Shown: piece by piece, positions 26,229 to 39,724 of the stretch
How the letters are laid out: the number at the start of each line of letters is the position of its first letter
Position numbering within the stretch: the first letter of the stretch is position 1
Assembly: GCA_046563655.1 (NCBI GenBank)
Contig: CM102290.1
Span: 806,001-870,000, forward strand
Source of the DNA: Yuukianura sp. NJ FZ-2021
Taxonomy: Eukaryota
Reading direction: 5' to 3'
DNA length: 64,000 bases
The notes under the pieces: generated by a model
What the model saw: only the letters and a program-made list of their open reading frames with translations
Database searches by the model: none
Told to the model about the DNA's origin: nothing
Translations under genes and position numbers: made by a program

Positions 26229-28595
26229 TTACCATACCACTAATTGTACGTTGTTGTCGTTAAAAAAGGAATCTGTGGTTGATGTGTTCGTAGTGTCAGC
26301 GTCATCGTCAGAATTGGAGTAATCCAGAACCTCTTTCTCCGGTAAACCCAAGTACTTTGGAAGTCTACTTCGTTTACGTTTCATTCCCTGCGAAAGTGCA
26401 AGTACTTCCGGTGATCCTGGGTTCTGCGGAGACAAAATTTTATTAAAACTGTGATAACGACCTTATTTTTTTCACATTTTGTATTTTTTTTTTCTAAGAT
26501 TTTTGTACCAAGTTAAATCCATCCTGTGTTTCCGTCTGTTCGTAAGGATCAAATGTGTCGTCTCTTCTCTTACACGAATCGTCCGGAGAAGGTGGAGACG
26601 AAAGCGACGCTTCATCCATGCCGTAGTTATAAATCGTTCCATATCCATTAGCAGGATTCAAGTTTGAACCGTCCATGTCAAGCGAATGAACAGGCTCATC
26701 TTTGCCATCATTATCCCGATTCATATTCGTACCGTTCGAAGCATCGACTGGATCTGAATTTGAAAATGTTTTATAAATTCAAATAACAAAAGTGGCTCAT
26801 TTCTACGACATAGTATCCGCTGGCTTACAACGAATTCGCTTCTTCGGTGGCAAAGTCGGAACTGCTCTATCACTGCCCGAGGCTAACATTCCATCGAATT
26901 CTTTGTCTCCGCTGTTCGAATCATGCAAAGTAATAAGGTCGTATTCCTTTGGCGGCGGAGACGGTAAAATCCTAACGCTGTCGTCGTCAGATTCCACTTG
27001 AGGCTGCGACGAACCAGCAACTGCCTGTTCGGTTCTGCGTTCTAAAATCCCTACCGCTTCTGACAAATTTTCCGGAATTGAGTCTGGTGGTTCCAATGTG
27101 GGAGGCGTTGGAGGGTTAAATCCAAAATATCCCGAAACAAATCCGGAAAAAGTTGGCCTAGGATAGGCTGGCCGTTGCGGCAATACGACATGTCCAGAAG
27201 AATTAGCGTTGTTTCCGGCACAGTCTCGTGGTTCCGAATCTCTTGGAGATGAGCCGGATGCTGGTGTTGACAACTCTTCTGAGTACGACAAGACTGGCTC
27301 TACTGAATGCTCAGAGTCCGAGGATTGATGACTTTTGGGTGATCTCGTCCAAGAATATCTAGTTGAAGCAATGGAACATTCCGAAAATCCGTGCTCAGAT
27401 CTCGCAGAAGAAGATTGCGACGATTGCGAAGACTCATAGTCGGACATCATGTTGAGTCCAGGAAATAGAATTTGATGAGTCAAAGATTCGAGTGAAGAAA
27501 ATCCAGAAATTCCAGGAGACGATGATACAGAAAATTCAGAAATTGATGGCGATGGTGTAGGATGAAGTGCCGTCGGAGGTGTTGCAAATTTTTCTAAAAT
27601 TGAACGTATATAAAACTTAAGGTCCCGCACATTGCACCATTATGGCAATGTTTCTGTATATAAAAATTTACCTCCAACCGATTCCAGAAATAAGTTTGAA
27701 AATTTATTAGCAAGTTCGCCACTCCAGTTGCTGCAGGTTTTTCGTTTTCCAGAAATCTCGTTTGATTTCCTGGTTCCGACGAAAGTGGCACCTAGTGGCG
27801 GAAATGCACTCGTGTCGTTTACGTCAACGATGGCTATAGCAAGACCGTCAGCGGAAAAAATTTGCTAGTTAGTGCCTAACCCGTGACCGTTTTTGCAACG
27901 GTAACATTGAAACTTAATATTCATGTTCTTACGTTGACCGGTTTGAAGTTTGTTCGGGGCTTCTTTTTTTGGTGTAGTCGTCAATAACTTCTTTGGGCTA
28001 TTATCTTCGTGTAAATAGGCGCAAAAAATTGAAAAAGTGCAAGCCGAGTTTTGGTATTCACGACACTTCTGCATAAACAAGAAATGAAGTAAACTAAAAT
28101 TCAAGTTTTGTTTTTGAAAATTGTTGAGATTTGAACTAAAATGCTGGGAAACATACGTCTTTTGTTTTGTATCTATTACTGTGGTACAGCAATTCTGTTC
28201 GGGAATGGACCGATCGACAAGCGTCTCCTTTTTTGCAGGATTCGGGGTTATTCCAATGGAATCCGACAAAGGCGTGTTTACAAACGCGGGACAAGTAGAA
28301 TTCTTTACCACCGCAACGTCTTCTGTCAACCCAACTGTGCCAGTACGGGCACATGAAATTTCTGGTACATTCTGACTCTGTACATTGGTTTACTTTGTAA
28401 TAAAGTTGTACGTTCCTAGGGTCTGGAACATAAGCAATCCACACTGTCACAATTCTAAAACCACCCTAAAACAAAACTGACACTGAAGTATTGTTTTTTA
28501 AGTGCATATACACGCTCTACGTTTTTAAAAAATTATTATAAAAATCTAAACAAAGAAATTAACTAAACCAACTTACCGCTCCAAAATGCTTCCAT
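26229..28595 (-). CDS. Tandem CCCH zinc-finger protein (Unkempt ZnF4-6-like) with a long Ser/Pro/acidic tail
   Basis: Spliced N-terminus MEAFWS|DPRNVQLYYKVNQCTESECTRNFMCPYWHSWVDRRR...CKKGDACRSVHSRTELLYHSNRYKTKD|KCREYQNSACTFSIFCAYLH follows the Unkempt pattern (W.D...V...YK...C; H...DRRR; HSRTE...H...YK). In-phase low-complexity exons continue to about 26229; the 3' end is approximate. Confidence 0.75.
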
Positions 28596-29923
28596 TTCGT
28601 TTAAGCGTAGTGTTCCATTCTACTCTGCGTTTGCGCGTTATTGAAGTTGTAAAAAAACGGCGAAGACAGGAACCAGGAGTGTTCGTGACAATCTCCTAAA
28701 AATTTCAAAAGAATTGTAAATTCAGCGACAATTCAATGCACTGTACTAAATACTAATCTTAAGTGCTAAAAAAATATTACTGAAAATACTAGTACTTCTC
28801 GATTGAAAATCGTTATGCAAAGGTGGTGTATCAAAATTTTGAAAAGCTTTGTAAATAATCGGGACTCACCCGTACACTGTTAAATAATGCGATTGGCTTG
28901 CTTTCGCTAACGACCGATACTTGGGTGTGGGACAATTGCAATTGCGAGCTTTTACAGTAAGTTTACGTTAATAGAGAGGACAATTTCCGCTAGAACTTTC
29001 CAATTACGGAGACCAATAGCAAGTGGCAGGGCAGAGGGTGGCGAAAGACCATGTCGTATTCCGTAAGCGTCTTCTAGAAACGCTTGGGTTGGTGTTTTGT
29101 CCAAAAACGCATTGTTCGGATTCGACCAGTAACTGGGTTAGAGTAAGGACAAGGCAGGAGCAATGTAACCACAAAGTCACAATGGTTACAACGTGCCTTA
29201 TTTTCCTTATATACTTGTCTTGCTACACTTATGAAAGTAAACTAACGTTACTCAAGCTTCCAGACAAACGACCGATTACAACATGGTTACTAGCGAACCT
29301 TTGAGTGTTACATTTAAACGTCTTGAGTTTACTTTAACCAACTGAAGTAAGTTTGATTAAGGGGGTTGCCTATTTAATCTTTGTGATGGTATTCATAGGG
29401 TATTGTGAGTTATATAAGAACAATCAACTTTAAAGGGACGCTTCGTTATAGTTTTAAAAGCTTCGTCTACTGCTTCTAACTGAAATTTTTCGGAATTACG
29501 TGAACTTGAAGTCGTTCATAGCACATTAAGTCCATTTTATTAATCTTAATTCATTTAATTCTGTTACAGTTTTGCGTTCAATGAATTTTGCTACAATTTT
29601 AAATTCAATATGGAGGCATATGAGCTTCGAACACAACGCTAACTTAACCTAAAGTTTTTCTTCAACTTTGGATCTAACAGACCTACGTTTAGCCCGTTTA
29701 AAAATCTACGGTATGTGAAGATTCAACATATCGGATGTCCTAGGCTATTAAAAATGTCTTCAGCTAAACGAAATAGGAGTAGCTTTTACGCCTTCCAGTT
29801 CCACCCTCCTTCAAACACCCTTGACAAATAATAGCCTAAACATAAACAATTGAAAAGCGTCGTCCGATGATAGCGAAGTGGACGACCATAAAATTTTAAA
29901 TTTAGGAGTGACTTAACTACGTT

Positions 29924-32350
29924 TTAGTTGAATAGAAGTTCCTTATAGAAATTTAATAAATAGCAATTTGTAACTCGGGAGTTCGTGGTAGTTCGGACGA
30001 CTGTTGTTCTGTCAGCTCTTTCAAAGTTGGCTTTAACGATTTCGTAATAGCGTCCATCTCTGGAACATAAAATGGATGAGAACATGTCGAAGGTTATTTA
30101 GGCATTTCTTAATAGCGTCTATAAAGACTAAAAAAGTGTCAATTGGCTCATTACGTGAGGACAAGGCACTTCAATTTCAAGCATCGGACTCGAATAGTAT
30201 CGATAGCCTTTTGGCCTTTGTCAGAAAATCGGAGGGTGTCTGGATCCCACCGAAGTTCGAGTCGTTCTAACAAGCCGCAGTTTCCAGCAATTGCATCAAC
30301 GAGCTGATCTACATGAATCTTAGTAGACATCCGATCGGCAGTTCCCATCACAAGAATCCTTTCAAATTTTTCAAAAAAGGAAATTTTTTGAACAGAATCC
30401 GAAAGGAATCCAAAAGACTAAGCAAGTGAAAATGACGGATTTTGAAAAGTCAAAGCCGGCAGAAGTTTACCGGGCATTTTTGAGCAGAGGCAGAACTGAT
30501 GACCACAGTTGGTCCGTGATGTGCGGCATTCCAGAGAGACAAAGGCCACGAAATTGTGGTCCATGTTTACAAATGAATTTGTAGAGAGCATCTTCCGAAA
30601 GATTATCAGAACTGTCCAAGTCCAAAGCTATCAGGTTTCTAGAATTCCCTTGTTCACTGAACGCTTTCAAAACCTGTGTCCACAATACAGACATTGAATT
30701 TTCAAAGATTCACCTCAGATAAAATTTGTGATGACTAATGAATTCCTTATAAAGCTTTTTTTTTTACCGAATCTGTGAATCCATCTTGTTGCCCAGCCGA
30801 AAGCCATCTTAAGCTGGTGAGTCGTGTAAGTAGATCTGTCAAGCATTCCGTAGATAAATCAGTTCCGCTGATATCTAGTTCTTGCAATTGAGTCTTTTCC
30901 CATTCCACGGCCATGACATGTTCACTCTGAAGACCTAACAAATTTTGTTTTCATGAAGAGTTTCAAACTTTTTCAAAAACATTTAGTACAGTGTGATTTG
31001 ACTTTTTTTTACTAGTTTGGTTCATTAGAAGGCATTTTAGCTTCCGACATCTTTGAAAGAGAGATGGAAGTGACGACCCTGTGACCTTGGCACAATAATT
31101 CGCAGCCAAGCATTCTAACTACAGAAATAGCAGAATAAGTTAGGTTGTTATGTTCCAGTTAGGCTGTTATATTATGCCATTACAACTTTTTCCTTTTTTG
31201 ACCAATCATGAAACAATTTTCAAACCTGGATTGAGTTGGAACTAAACGCCTCAATATGGCTGTCATCAACAAAATTAATTCCGTAGAGATTCACGACGCG
31301 AAGATTTGGCGTTGCTGCTTTTAATTTGTGAATATTAATTACTTCATATATTTCTTCTTCCTCTTCCTCCACTTTCTCATAAGTACCTTATAAAAATTGA
31401 AGAAAAAAATAGAAAAGGCATAAAGTGCATAGGTTTTGCAGAACAATGGGAATGACATGACGTACCAATTAGATGGAGCACTTGAACGCCGTTAATAAAA
31501 TTGTAAATTTTTCTCATGAATCCCTCCATAAAAATTACTTCTGACAAACAAATGCACATATTCTTCAACTTTGTTGGAAAAGCCTACATCAGAAATATAT
31601 TATTAAAAAGTCACATTATAATGTAATAAAAACATGAATAAAAATGATATAAAGGTCAAAGATTGACCTGCATGTCATTGAAGTCATGAAGTTGCATAGC
31701 CGTAGAGAAGTCGAGAAGGATATGAGTTAAATTCGGACATTTGCTGGCCAATTCGTGCAGAACTGTGTGAGTAATCAATTCCATTGGAAGTTCTAGGTAA
31801 CGCAGAGCAGCTCCAAATCTGTTACTGTTATAATTAAACACAAAAATATATTGCATTTTATATAATATTGTAAACTTATCTACATCCACTGACCTGATCA
31901 AATTCATGAGGAACTCCAATGAGGAAACATGAAGTCCAGAAATTTCAGGTCGAAGGGAAACCTGCGTCCATAGCCGCGTATCGTAGGCTACAAGACGCCA
32001 TTTTTTACAAACACGAGCCTTGCGACATACTTCTCGGTGTGGTAAGTACGAAAAAATTTGGAGCAGGACTTTATCTGGCAGTTTGTCAATCGTCTTAACG
32101 CATTTTAAAAATTTCAAGTATTCAGATTTTGCAAAATAATATGAAAAAATTTGAAAATAGAAAGTGTATTGAGTTCACCGTCCGGAATCGAGTTTTTCCT
32201 TCATCGTCACCAAATTTGGAGGATTCGTGTACATGGGCTAATTGGCCCCAGACCTAAACCCAGAAAATTTAACAAAATTATGCTGAAACTTGGGACAAAA
32301 ACTATTTGTAAATTAGGAATTGGAAAATTTACGTCTGCTGGCAAGTCCAT
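29924..32350 (-). CDS. F-box/leucine-rich-repeat protein (FBXL family), multi-exon
   Basis: MDLPAD|VWGQLA..., F-box TIDKLPDKVLLQIFSYLPHREVCRKARVCKKWRLVAYD and LRRs (CPNLTHILL, LQELDISGTDLS, LIALDLDSSDNLSE). It ends ...YKELLFN* at 29924. The introns checked are GT-AG and in phase. Confidence 0.9.
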
Positions 32351-33899
32351 TTCAATTGAAAAATTGGACAATGGAATTTCAACTGTAAATCTTTTATGCA
32401 ACACAGATTTTGTGTTCAGAGATCAACTGAAAATGATGTCCACGATGTTAACTATTTGCAAACTTAATCCGTCCTAAGCTAGCATCTACCTACTACTTCA
32501 GTGCCAACTTCCTGTGAAGAGATTCTAAAAACTATAAATAGCCTGTACAACCCAACGACAGCCATTCCGGAATCCGAAGTTAAAGAAAATTCCGCCGGTT
32601 TTCTAAGAAACCTAAAAACAGCCATTTCTCTAATAATTACCAATTGGAAATCAATGCGAATTAGGCATGTGGCAAACAATTCACAATTGGAAAAATTTCA
32701 CCTAAATATTGACCAATGTCACTCAAGTTGACATGAAAAAAGAAACAGCGTTTGGCTCCAAATGAGACGAAATATTCATTATCAACAAGCAACTTTTTCA
32801 TATGCATCATCGTCGACTCCGAATTTTTTCTAAACTGTTAGTTGGATTTGACACATTTCTGATTATATCAAATTTCGAAGTTTCAAAGCCGAAGTATATC
32901 TTACAAAATGTGTTTAAGTTAATACTTTTCACAATTTTAGTTTTGAAAAAAATAATTAGAAAAAGTGTTGTTGTTCAAATATTAAATTCATAGGGTATCG
33001 GAATATATTATAGGCAATAGACATGTCATTAGTCATGAAGCGGCTCTTAAGAATTTAGCAGCTCTTGCTTTTTTTTTTAAATATTTCTGATTAGTGTTGT
33101 GTCCTTCAACTTAATCTGACACGTTGTTGAAAATTTTGAAAATTTTTGTTTTTTCAGTTTTCTAAAAGGAAATCATTCTATTCACTTGTTTGTTTTTTCA
33201 ATTTTGTTTGCAAGGAATTGAAATTTCCCGCAGATGGATGTTGTGCCTCTAGTTTTCCTACCCAAATGCCTTGTTTCGTGGTTCCGTAGAGGCGGAAAGG
33301 CTTTTGAGGGCAGAATGAATGGGTTTCTCATCTCTCGACGGAAGATCACTTCTTTGTCAATCCTGCACAAGATCTTCTCTTGCCAAGGGAGACGGGAGCA
33401 GAAAGCGTTGCACAAATCCTCCTAGGACCCCCTTCATCTCGCCCAAATAGAAAGTTCACACTATTGTTTCATTCAAAACAGTCATAGACAGTAAGAGTGG
33501 TGGAAACAAGTGCCTAAATAACTTTCCAAAATTAAGTGAGCTCAAGGGATTTAAAGCAACGGCCCTGGAGTCACTCCTAAAATACTGGTTGTGTGCTTTG
33601 TTGAAAAAGTTTAACAGGATCCAGATTTAAGAATAATTGCCCATAGCCTGAAAATATTTTTAAAAAGTGTTCTGGGAAAAAACTCCAGTAAGTTTTGGTT
33701 TTTTTTCAAAACAAAGTTAAAACGTGCAAGATGCAGAAAAACATGGAAAGGAGTTGAAAACACGAAGTTTTTTTTTGTTGGACGCCTGGACTTTCCATTG
33801 GCATCAAAACTATTTTCATTCCATTCAGCATTGAACTTTTCAGGCGTTGAATTCTTCACCAGCTCAAGACATCTCAAGCAGCCCGCCAGAAGTTGAAAA

Positions 33900-36800
33900 A
33901 TGGGTGCTCCGATATACTCATATGCAGAACATGCCCTGGACCCTCCAAATTCGACATTTGACCCCGGGTCAACCCACGTTATCACTGAATTGATACTTGG
34001 GAGTCATGGTTACCAAAAATGGATCTACTCGGTGGTTGCCTGTCTCCTTGTTGGTCTCTCTGGAGTGTTTCCAGTCCTGCTCTTTTCCAGTTCCAAGAAT
34101 GACTCGGGTAATGGCATAACCTTTGACATTTAAAAATCTTTACTTTTGACCTCTTTAATATCAAAATGCAAAATCAGACTAACTCCGTACTCATCGATTT
34201 TTGGTGGCAGAAAGGGCTCATCTAGATTTTCAAAGCGTCAGCAGAACTTTGTTTTGCAAAACATTCGAGGGTGTCAAAAACATGTTGATTTTGGAGTTCT
34301 CTTGAACTGGACTTTAAGTTGTCATTACTTGGGTGACTATGAGTCAGTAACCTTCGTGATACTCGGCGTAATTTGAAACACGCTGAACTATTAAAAAATA
34401 GTTAAATTTTGTTGTGAATTTGATATTTTTTAGAATTAGGGAAGGAATTCTTCTCCCACGGTCAGCAAAAGTCAAAGTCCAAACTTTGACTTCACTGTTG
34501 ACAAGACCTCATTTTTTTTAGAAATTAAAAGATTGCCATTTTGTTGTGGTAAATCATAGGCAGAAACACCCAACCCACACGCCTACTTTCATTGAAAACC
34601 AATCTAAGTTTCTATTCATCGAAAGTTTTAATTGACTCCTATTTTTAGACAGCCAACTATCACACGTCACATTTAGTATTGATCTGTCAAGAACTCAAAA
34701 ATAGTGTAATTCAACCGTAACGGTTTCAACAAAAATCAAACAATTCAAAATTTTTATTTTTTATGTTCCGCCAAGATGAACTTTTGGAGCTAGGTATAAA
34801 GCAATAGGAAAAAAAAGACTCAGCGATTTCAGCCTAACCACGGACAATCAAAATTTCACGTTTAAGTTTTTTGAAAAGCGAAAGCTTTCTGAAATGAACC
34901 ACTTCATAGAAAGCGTAATTTGAAGCTCCATTTTTCAATTTTTCAAGGAATTGTGAAAAAAAAAGAAACTAAACACAGCGTAGAGCGTAATAAAGTTCTT
35001 TGTTATGGATTTCCAAAAACTCATGTTACTAATGAACTAAACATCAAAGTAATCCGCTCAATCTTTAAAACCCAAAATTTGCATGAATAATTCATGGTAT
35101 GCAAAATCAAAGGAGTTTTTGTGAAACCTCAAAATTGCAAAACCTTCTGAAAATCGCTTCCTCTCCAAATGTCCCTTGTCGTGCAAATTTTGTTGTGGTG
35201 GCAATGACAATGACGTCAGAACGCTGCTGTAAGTCCACAGCGTAGGATCAGCGTCATGGATATTGAGCCTTTTTATCTTCTCGTTCCAGGCTCCACATCC
35301 ATCCAATTTCAGGCTTCAGCGTGTTATTGTTTACTCAACTGTAAAATTAAGCCACGCTGAACAAAACTTATGGTTAAAAGCATTTGCAAAAAAAATAACG
35401 CCTAGTTGTCAACTTAAATAGGGTTCAAATTTACTAACCGCAATTTAACACAAATCCAAAAGTTTGTCACTTGTATTTTCTCTTGCCACATTTTCATGAT
35501 GTTGCCAATTTTTCTTTTTAGCTAATTCTGACCGTGAGAATTTCCCTTGAACAAAATCCTAATTTTTCATTCTACAATTGAGGTTTGATGATGCAACTTA
35601 AACTGCATCGATTTAGAAAAAATGAGAGTCATGAAGATGAAAAGCCTCTGTTTTTGCAATTTTCTTCATTTGCAACATTCTTCCCAACGTCTTTTTTGCA
35701 AACGCAAAATGGTTGGACTACTAACCGACTTTATATGGGCGAAGGACTAACCTAAAAAGATGAATTCGGACAATTCTTGACACAAAACCTATGTGCAAAG
35801 AGAGAAGAGCCACCCAGTCTAACGGAAGTGGAAAGTGGGTGGTGCGTGGTGGGATTTCAGGTTGACACAACGGGTGGGTCCCACCAGCCATACGGAATAC
35901 TTTTGGTTAAGGTTAGTTATATGCAGCAGCAAAGATTTCATACGAAATGCAACACGGTGAATACAGTACACCAATGGCATCAGTTATTTTTAGATTGATT
36001 GTACATTGTACACAGAATAGGAGAAATACATCTGTCGATTCACTTTTTCACCTGCAATGTTCTGTACATTCTGCGGATGCTGCAAATGGACGCTATTGTG
36101 ACGGGACATGTATGTGTTATGTGTTAGGTTTTAAATTTAGTTTCATGTCATAATCAAATTGTTCACTTGAACAGAACTGTGACGTTAACCGTAATCGTGG
36201 CTGAATCAAGTCAATTCAAACTATGTATGTAATAATACAGACTTTTTATACTTTACACTCCTACGGAACGTTGACCCTGATGCCTTGTTTTGTATTCATA
36301 AAACCAAATGAAAAAACAGGAAAAACTACTTTTGGGATGTAAAGCTTCGTAGATGTTTGATACAGCAGGATTCATGGGTTTAACCTTAAGTAATAGGGAT
36401 GCATGTGTGCAAAAACTAGAAAAATGCTCCGAAAGTTCCTTATACTCTGCAGAAAGTTTGTTCCCCTCAGACTGTTTTTGCTACAACACGCTAGAAAAAA
36501 AATTTTATACGAAAAACAACGCAAATTGAATGATTTTCTTCATGAACTTGAATTTTTTTTCTATATTTCTTTCACAGCTTTCAAAATGGGTCCCGAGACA
36601 TTGAAGTATTTTCTAAGCTTTGCTGTTGGGAGTCTTCTTGGCGATGTTTTCTTGCACCTTTTGCCTGAAGCATGGAGTAATGCCACCGGTAATTAAAGAA
36701 TTACATCAATGTCAACTTATTGCTTGTAATTACATAAACTACTTGGGTGGAGTCAACGAAAATGGTATAAGGTTACGCAAAGTTTACAAGCAGATGAACG

Positions 36801-37899
36801 TTGGGCTGAAATTTGTGAAATTTCAAATGTAGGTGACGGATATACCGGCTCAGATGCTCTCAAGTACCTAGGAATGTGGATCTTGGTAGGCAATACCAGT
36901 TTCTTTGTTTGTGAAGTCATTGCGAGTGCGCAGATGCAAGCAGAAAAGGCTGATCCAGATTTAAATGCTAAAACCAATGGCACAACAGTACCACTGGCTG
37001 TGAACGAATCCACTTCCCAAGTCAAAGTAAATAAACTTTTTAAGCTTTTTGTTTTGAAAATTATACAAAAAAGAAAAGCTGAAGAGATCGGCCAACAGTA
37101 CTTTCCACATTTCCGTTCCTCATTAACAGATTGCTGGCTACCTCAACCTTGTTGCCAACGGCTTCGACAATTTCACGCACGGTTTGGCTGTTGCAGGCAG
37201 CTTCATCATTTCCCCCAAAATTGGCGTCCTTACGACCGTCGCCATTTTGTTTCATGAAATTCCGCATGAAATTGGTGACTTTGCAATTCTGTTGCGTTCA
37301 GGATTTGACCCATGGTCAGCAGCTAAGGCTCAACTGTCGACGGCTACAGTGGGCCTCTTGGGCGCTATTTTGACTCTGTCTGTAGACTGCATCAAGACAA
37401 TCGGTGAGCAAGTTGTCAGTTTAAAGTGTACTTCAACTACAGATATTGTGTTACCCAAGGTTGTTTGACAACGGAATTGTATTTCCTATAACAGGTTGTA
37501 CAATAACTCGGGGTTTGCAACAATTTTGCTTCAAATAATCCCCCCCCCCATTCCAATTATTGCTTTACATGAAAATAATTACCATAGGAAAAAAAGTTTT
37601 TTTAAATTTTTTAGCAAAATAAAAAATATCAAGTTATTGGACAACCTGGTGTAGAAAAAGCATTTTTTTTTGTTTAGGAACCTTGGTGTTACCATTAGTC
37701 ATTTATGTAAAATATTTCAGGGAATTATACCGGGTGGATTTTACCATTTACTTCCGGATGCTTCATTCATATTGCACTGACCAACCTATTGCCTGAACTT
37801 CTTAAAGAAGAAAATTGCAAGGAATCGATTAAACAATTCTTTTGTTTAGTTCTGGGAATTGGAGCTATGGGATGCTTCGCTCTAATATCCGACTGTTGA
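33900..37899 (+). CDS. SLC39A13: LIV-1 subfamily ZIP metal transporter, ZIP13-like; 5 coding exons
   Basis: SVVACLLVGLSGVFPVLL; SFAVGSLLGDVFLHLLPEAW; GYLNLVANGFDNFTHGLAVAGSF; the LIV-1 motif HEIPHEIGDFAILLRSGF; WILPFTSGCFIHIALTNLLPELL; TGA at 37897-37899. The N-terminus is short and has no His-rich tract, which favours ZIP13 over ZIP7. Confidence 0.9.
37492..37648. mobile_element. 157-bp MITE in the last ZIP13 intron
   Basis: TIRs caggttgtacaataact (37492-37508) / agttattggacaacctg (37632-37648), 16/17 match; no clear TSD. Confidence 0.7.
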
Positions 37900-38284
37900 C
37901 TTTAAAAAACTATGAAGCGCAAAATTTCTAAGAATTCCTATCTATATAAGGTAACTTTTTTTTTAAATCTAGGCACCAAATGGCTCAATGATACTTCTAA
38001 ATTCCTATTATTTTCTTAAGTATTTACGTAAGTCAAAAATTCAAAGTGTGATGATCCTAATGATAGTGATCCAAATCAATCATGTTCCAAATGTCATTAA
38101 TTTCAAATATTGTTGTCTTCAATATATTGCTTCTTTTTTGAATAAATTTACAATAAAATACATTTGAGAAAAATCTGACTAACTGCTACTATTAATACAA
38201 TTAAAATTTGAAACTCGAAGTTAGTAAAATATTCTCTTTTTAAAATACGAAAAATTTAGTTACAGTTGGTAATAAATATTACAA

Positions 38285-39373
38285 CTAAAGTGTTTCCACT
38301 CGTGCCTCGTTATCAAGGTCATCATCATCAAAGGAAAAAATTATGCGTTTTTCTGGAACCTGGCGATTCTCTGCTACTGGAGCCACTCTCTTTTGAAAAG
38401 ACTGTTGCGGATGCTGTGGCAAGCGCCAGTGCTCGGGAACAATGTCTCGCGGTTTCTCTTGGGAAGACTGTTGAGGACGTTGAGGCATTGTACGACGTTG
38501 TTCAGTAGCCCTTTGTTGCTGTCTTTCATGCAACGACTGCTCTGGACGTTGAGGCTGAGTAGGACGTTGTTCAGGAGCGGTTGGTTGCAGCACACCGATA
38601 GGTGGTCCTCTGGGTGCAAAATTCTTGGAGTAATTCTTTCCCGCGGAGACAACATTCCCCATCCCAACATCAAGTGACAAGGTTCCTAATCAGTAAAAAT
38701 GTAAAAATGTGTCTGTTTAGCTATCCGTACGGTGACTACAAGGTGAAACAAGTATACCTTTCATCCAACTGCCTCCAAGAAGTACAACTCCAAGTGCAAG
38801 AATCAGGAAGATCATCACTGCAATAAAACCAAACCGCACGCGTGGTGCAAGAGCCAGAGTTGGTTTTTCTTTAGGATCCAAATACAGAACGGTTGTCCCT
38901 GGGACGTACGTTGACAGAACCTGTAGATAATCATAAAGACAGTTTAACTTCAGGACTTGCATTTTTTTGTTGCATATTTGCAAAAAAAAAAAACCACAAG
39001 ATTAGCATCAACTTATGCTCTGAATAACATTACCTGAGTAAGAGCACCGGCATCAGAAGAAACTGGACTCATCCCGGGGTAATTATAGTAGCAAATCTGC
39101 TGACGATGGCATACAATACCTCCCTTTCTGGCATATTGGTTAATTTTATTCGGTATTGGAGTAGACGTGAGCGGTGGCTTTTGACTGGGTGCTGCCACTG
39201 GCCTTGCACGAAGGCAATTTGCCTGCGAATGTCTGAAGCAATACAAGAAAGGCAAAAAAAAAAACATGAGGTCAAGAAAGGTCAGATCAAGAAAGATCTC
39301 CCCCAATTACTTACTGATTCACTTGGTTGCCATCATTTGAGCATAGAGCTGTTTCCGGATTTGAAAATGTCAT
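38285..39373 (-). CDS. Uncharacterised single-pass membrane protein with a Gln/Pro/Arg-rich C-terminus; 4 exons
   Basis: Exons join in frame through GT-AG introns: MTFSNPETAL...|HSQANCLRAR...GALTQ|VLSTYVPG...RFGFIAVMIFLILALGVVLLGGSWMK|GTLSLDVG...DDDDLDNEARVETL*. One hydrophobic helix; no family recognised. Confidence 0.6.
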
Positions 39374-39724
39374 TCTGATACTTGTATGATTATGGGATTC
39401 CTATCAAAAAATGAACTCGGTTATTGAACTACTAACTGAAAACTTGTGCAATTCTGGCACTTACCTTAATAAATGACAGTGGATTCAGAGATTGAGTGGA
39501 CAAAATATAAAAGAAATTTCCCAGAGCAAAATGGAATTGACACAAATGTTGAACACAGAAATGAAGTTAAATGGACGACAGGTATGGATATCCAGCTAGA
39601 GATGACGACACGGAGGCTACTTGGCAATAAATGAATGTTGGAAGAAGAAAATTGAAGGTAAGAAACACAAGACCAAGCGTGGAGTGGAGGGAGGTGGACT
39701 GGAGTGGAGTAGGCAGGGACATGG

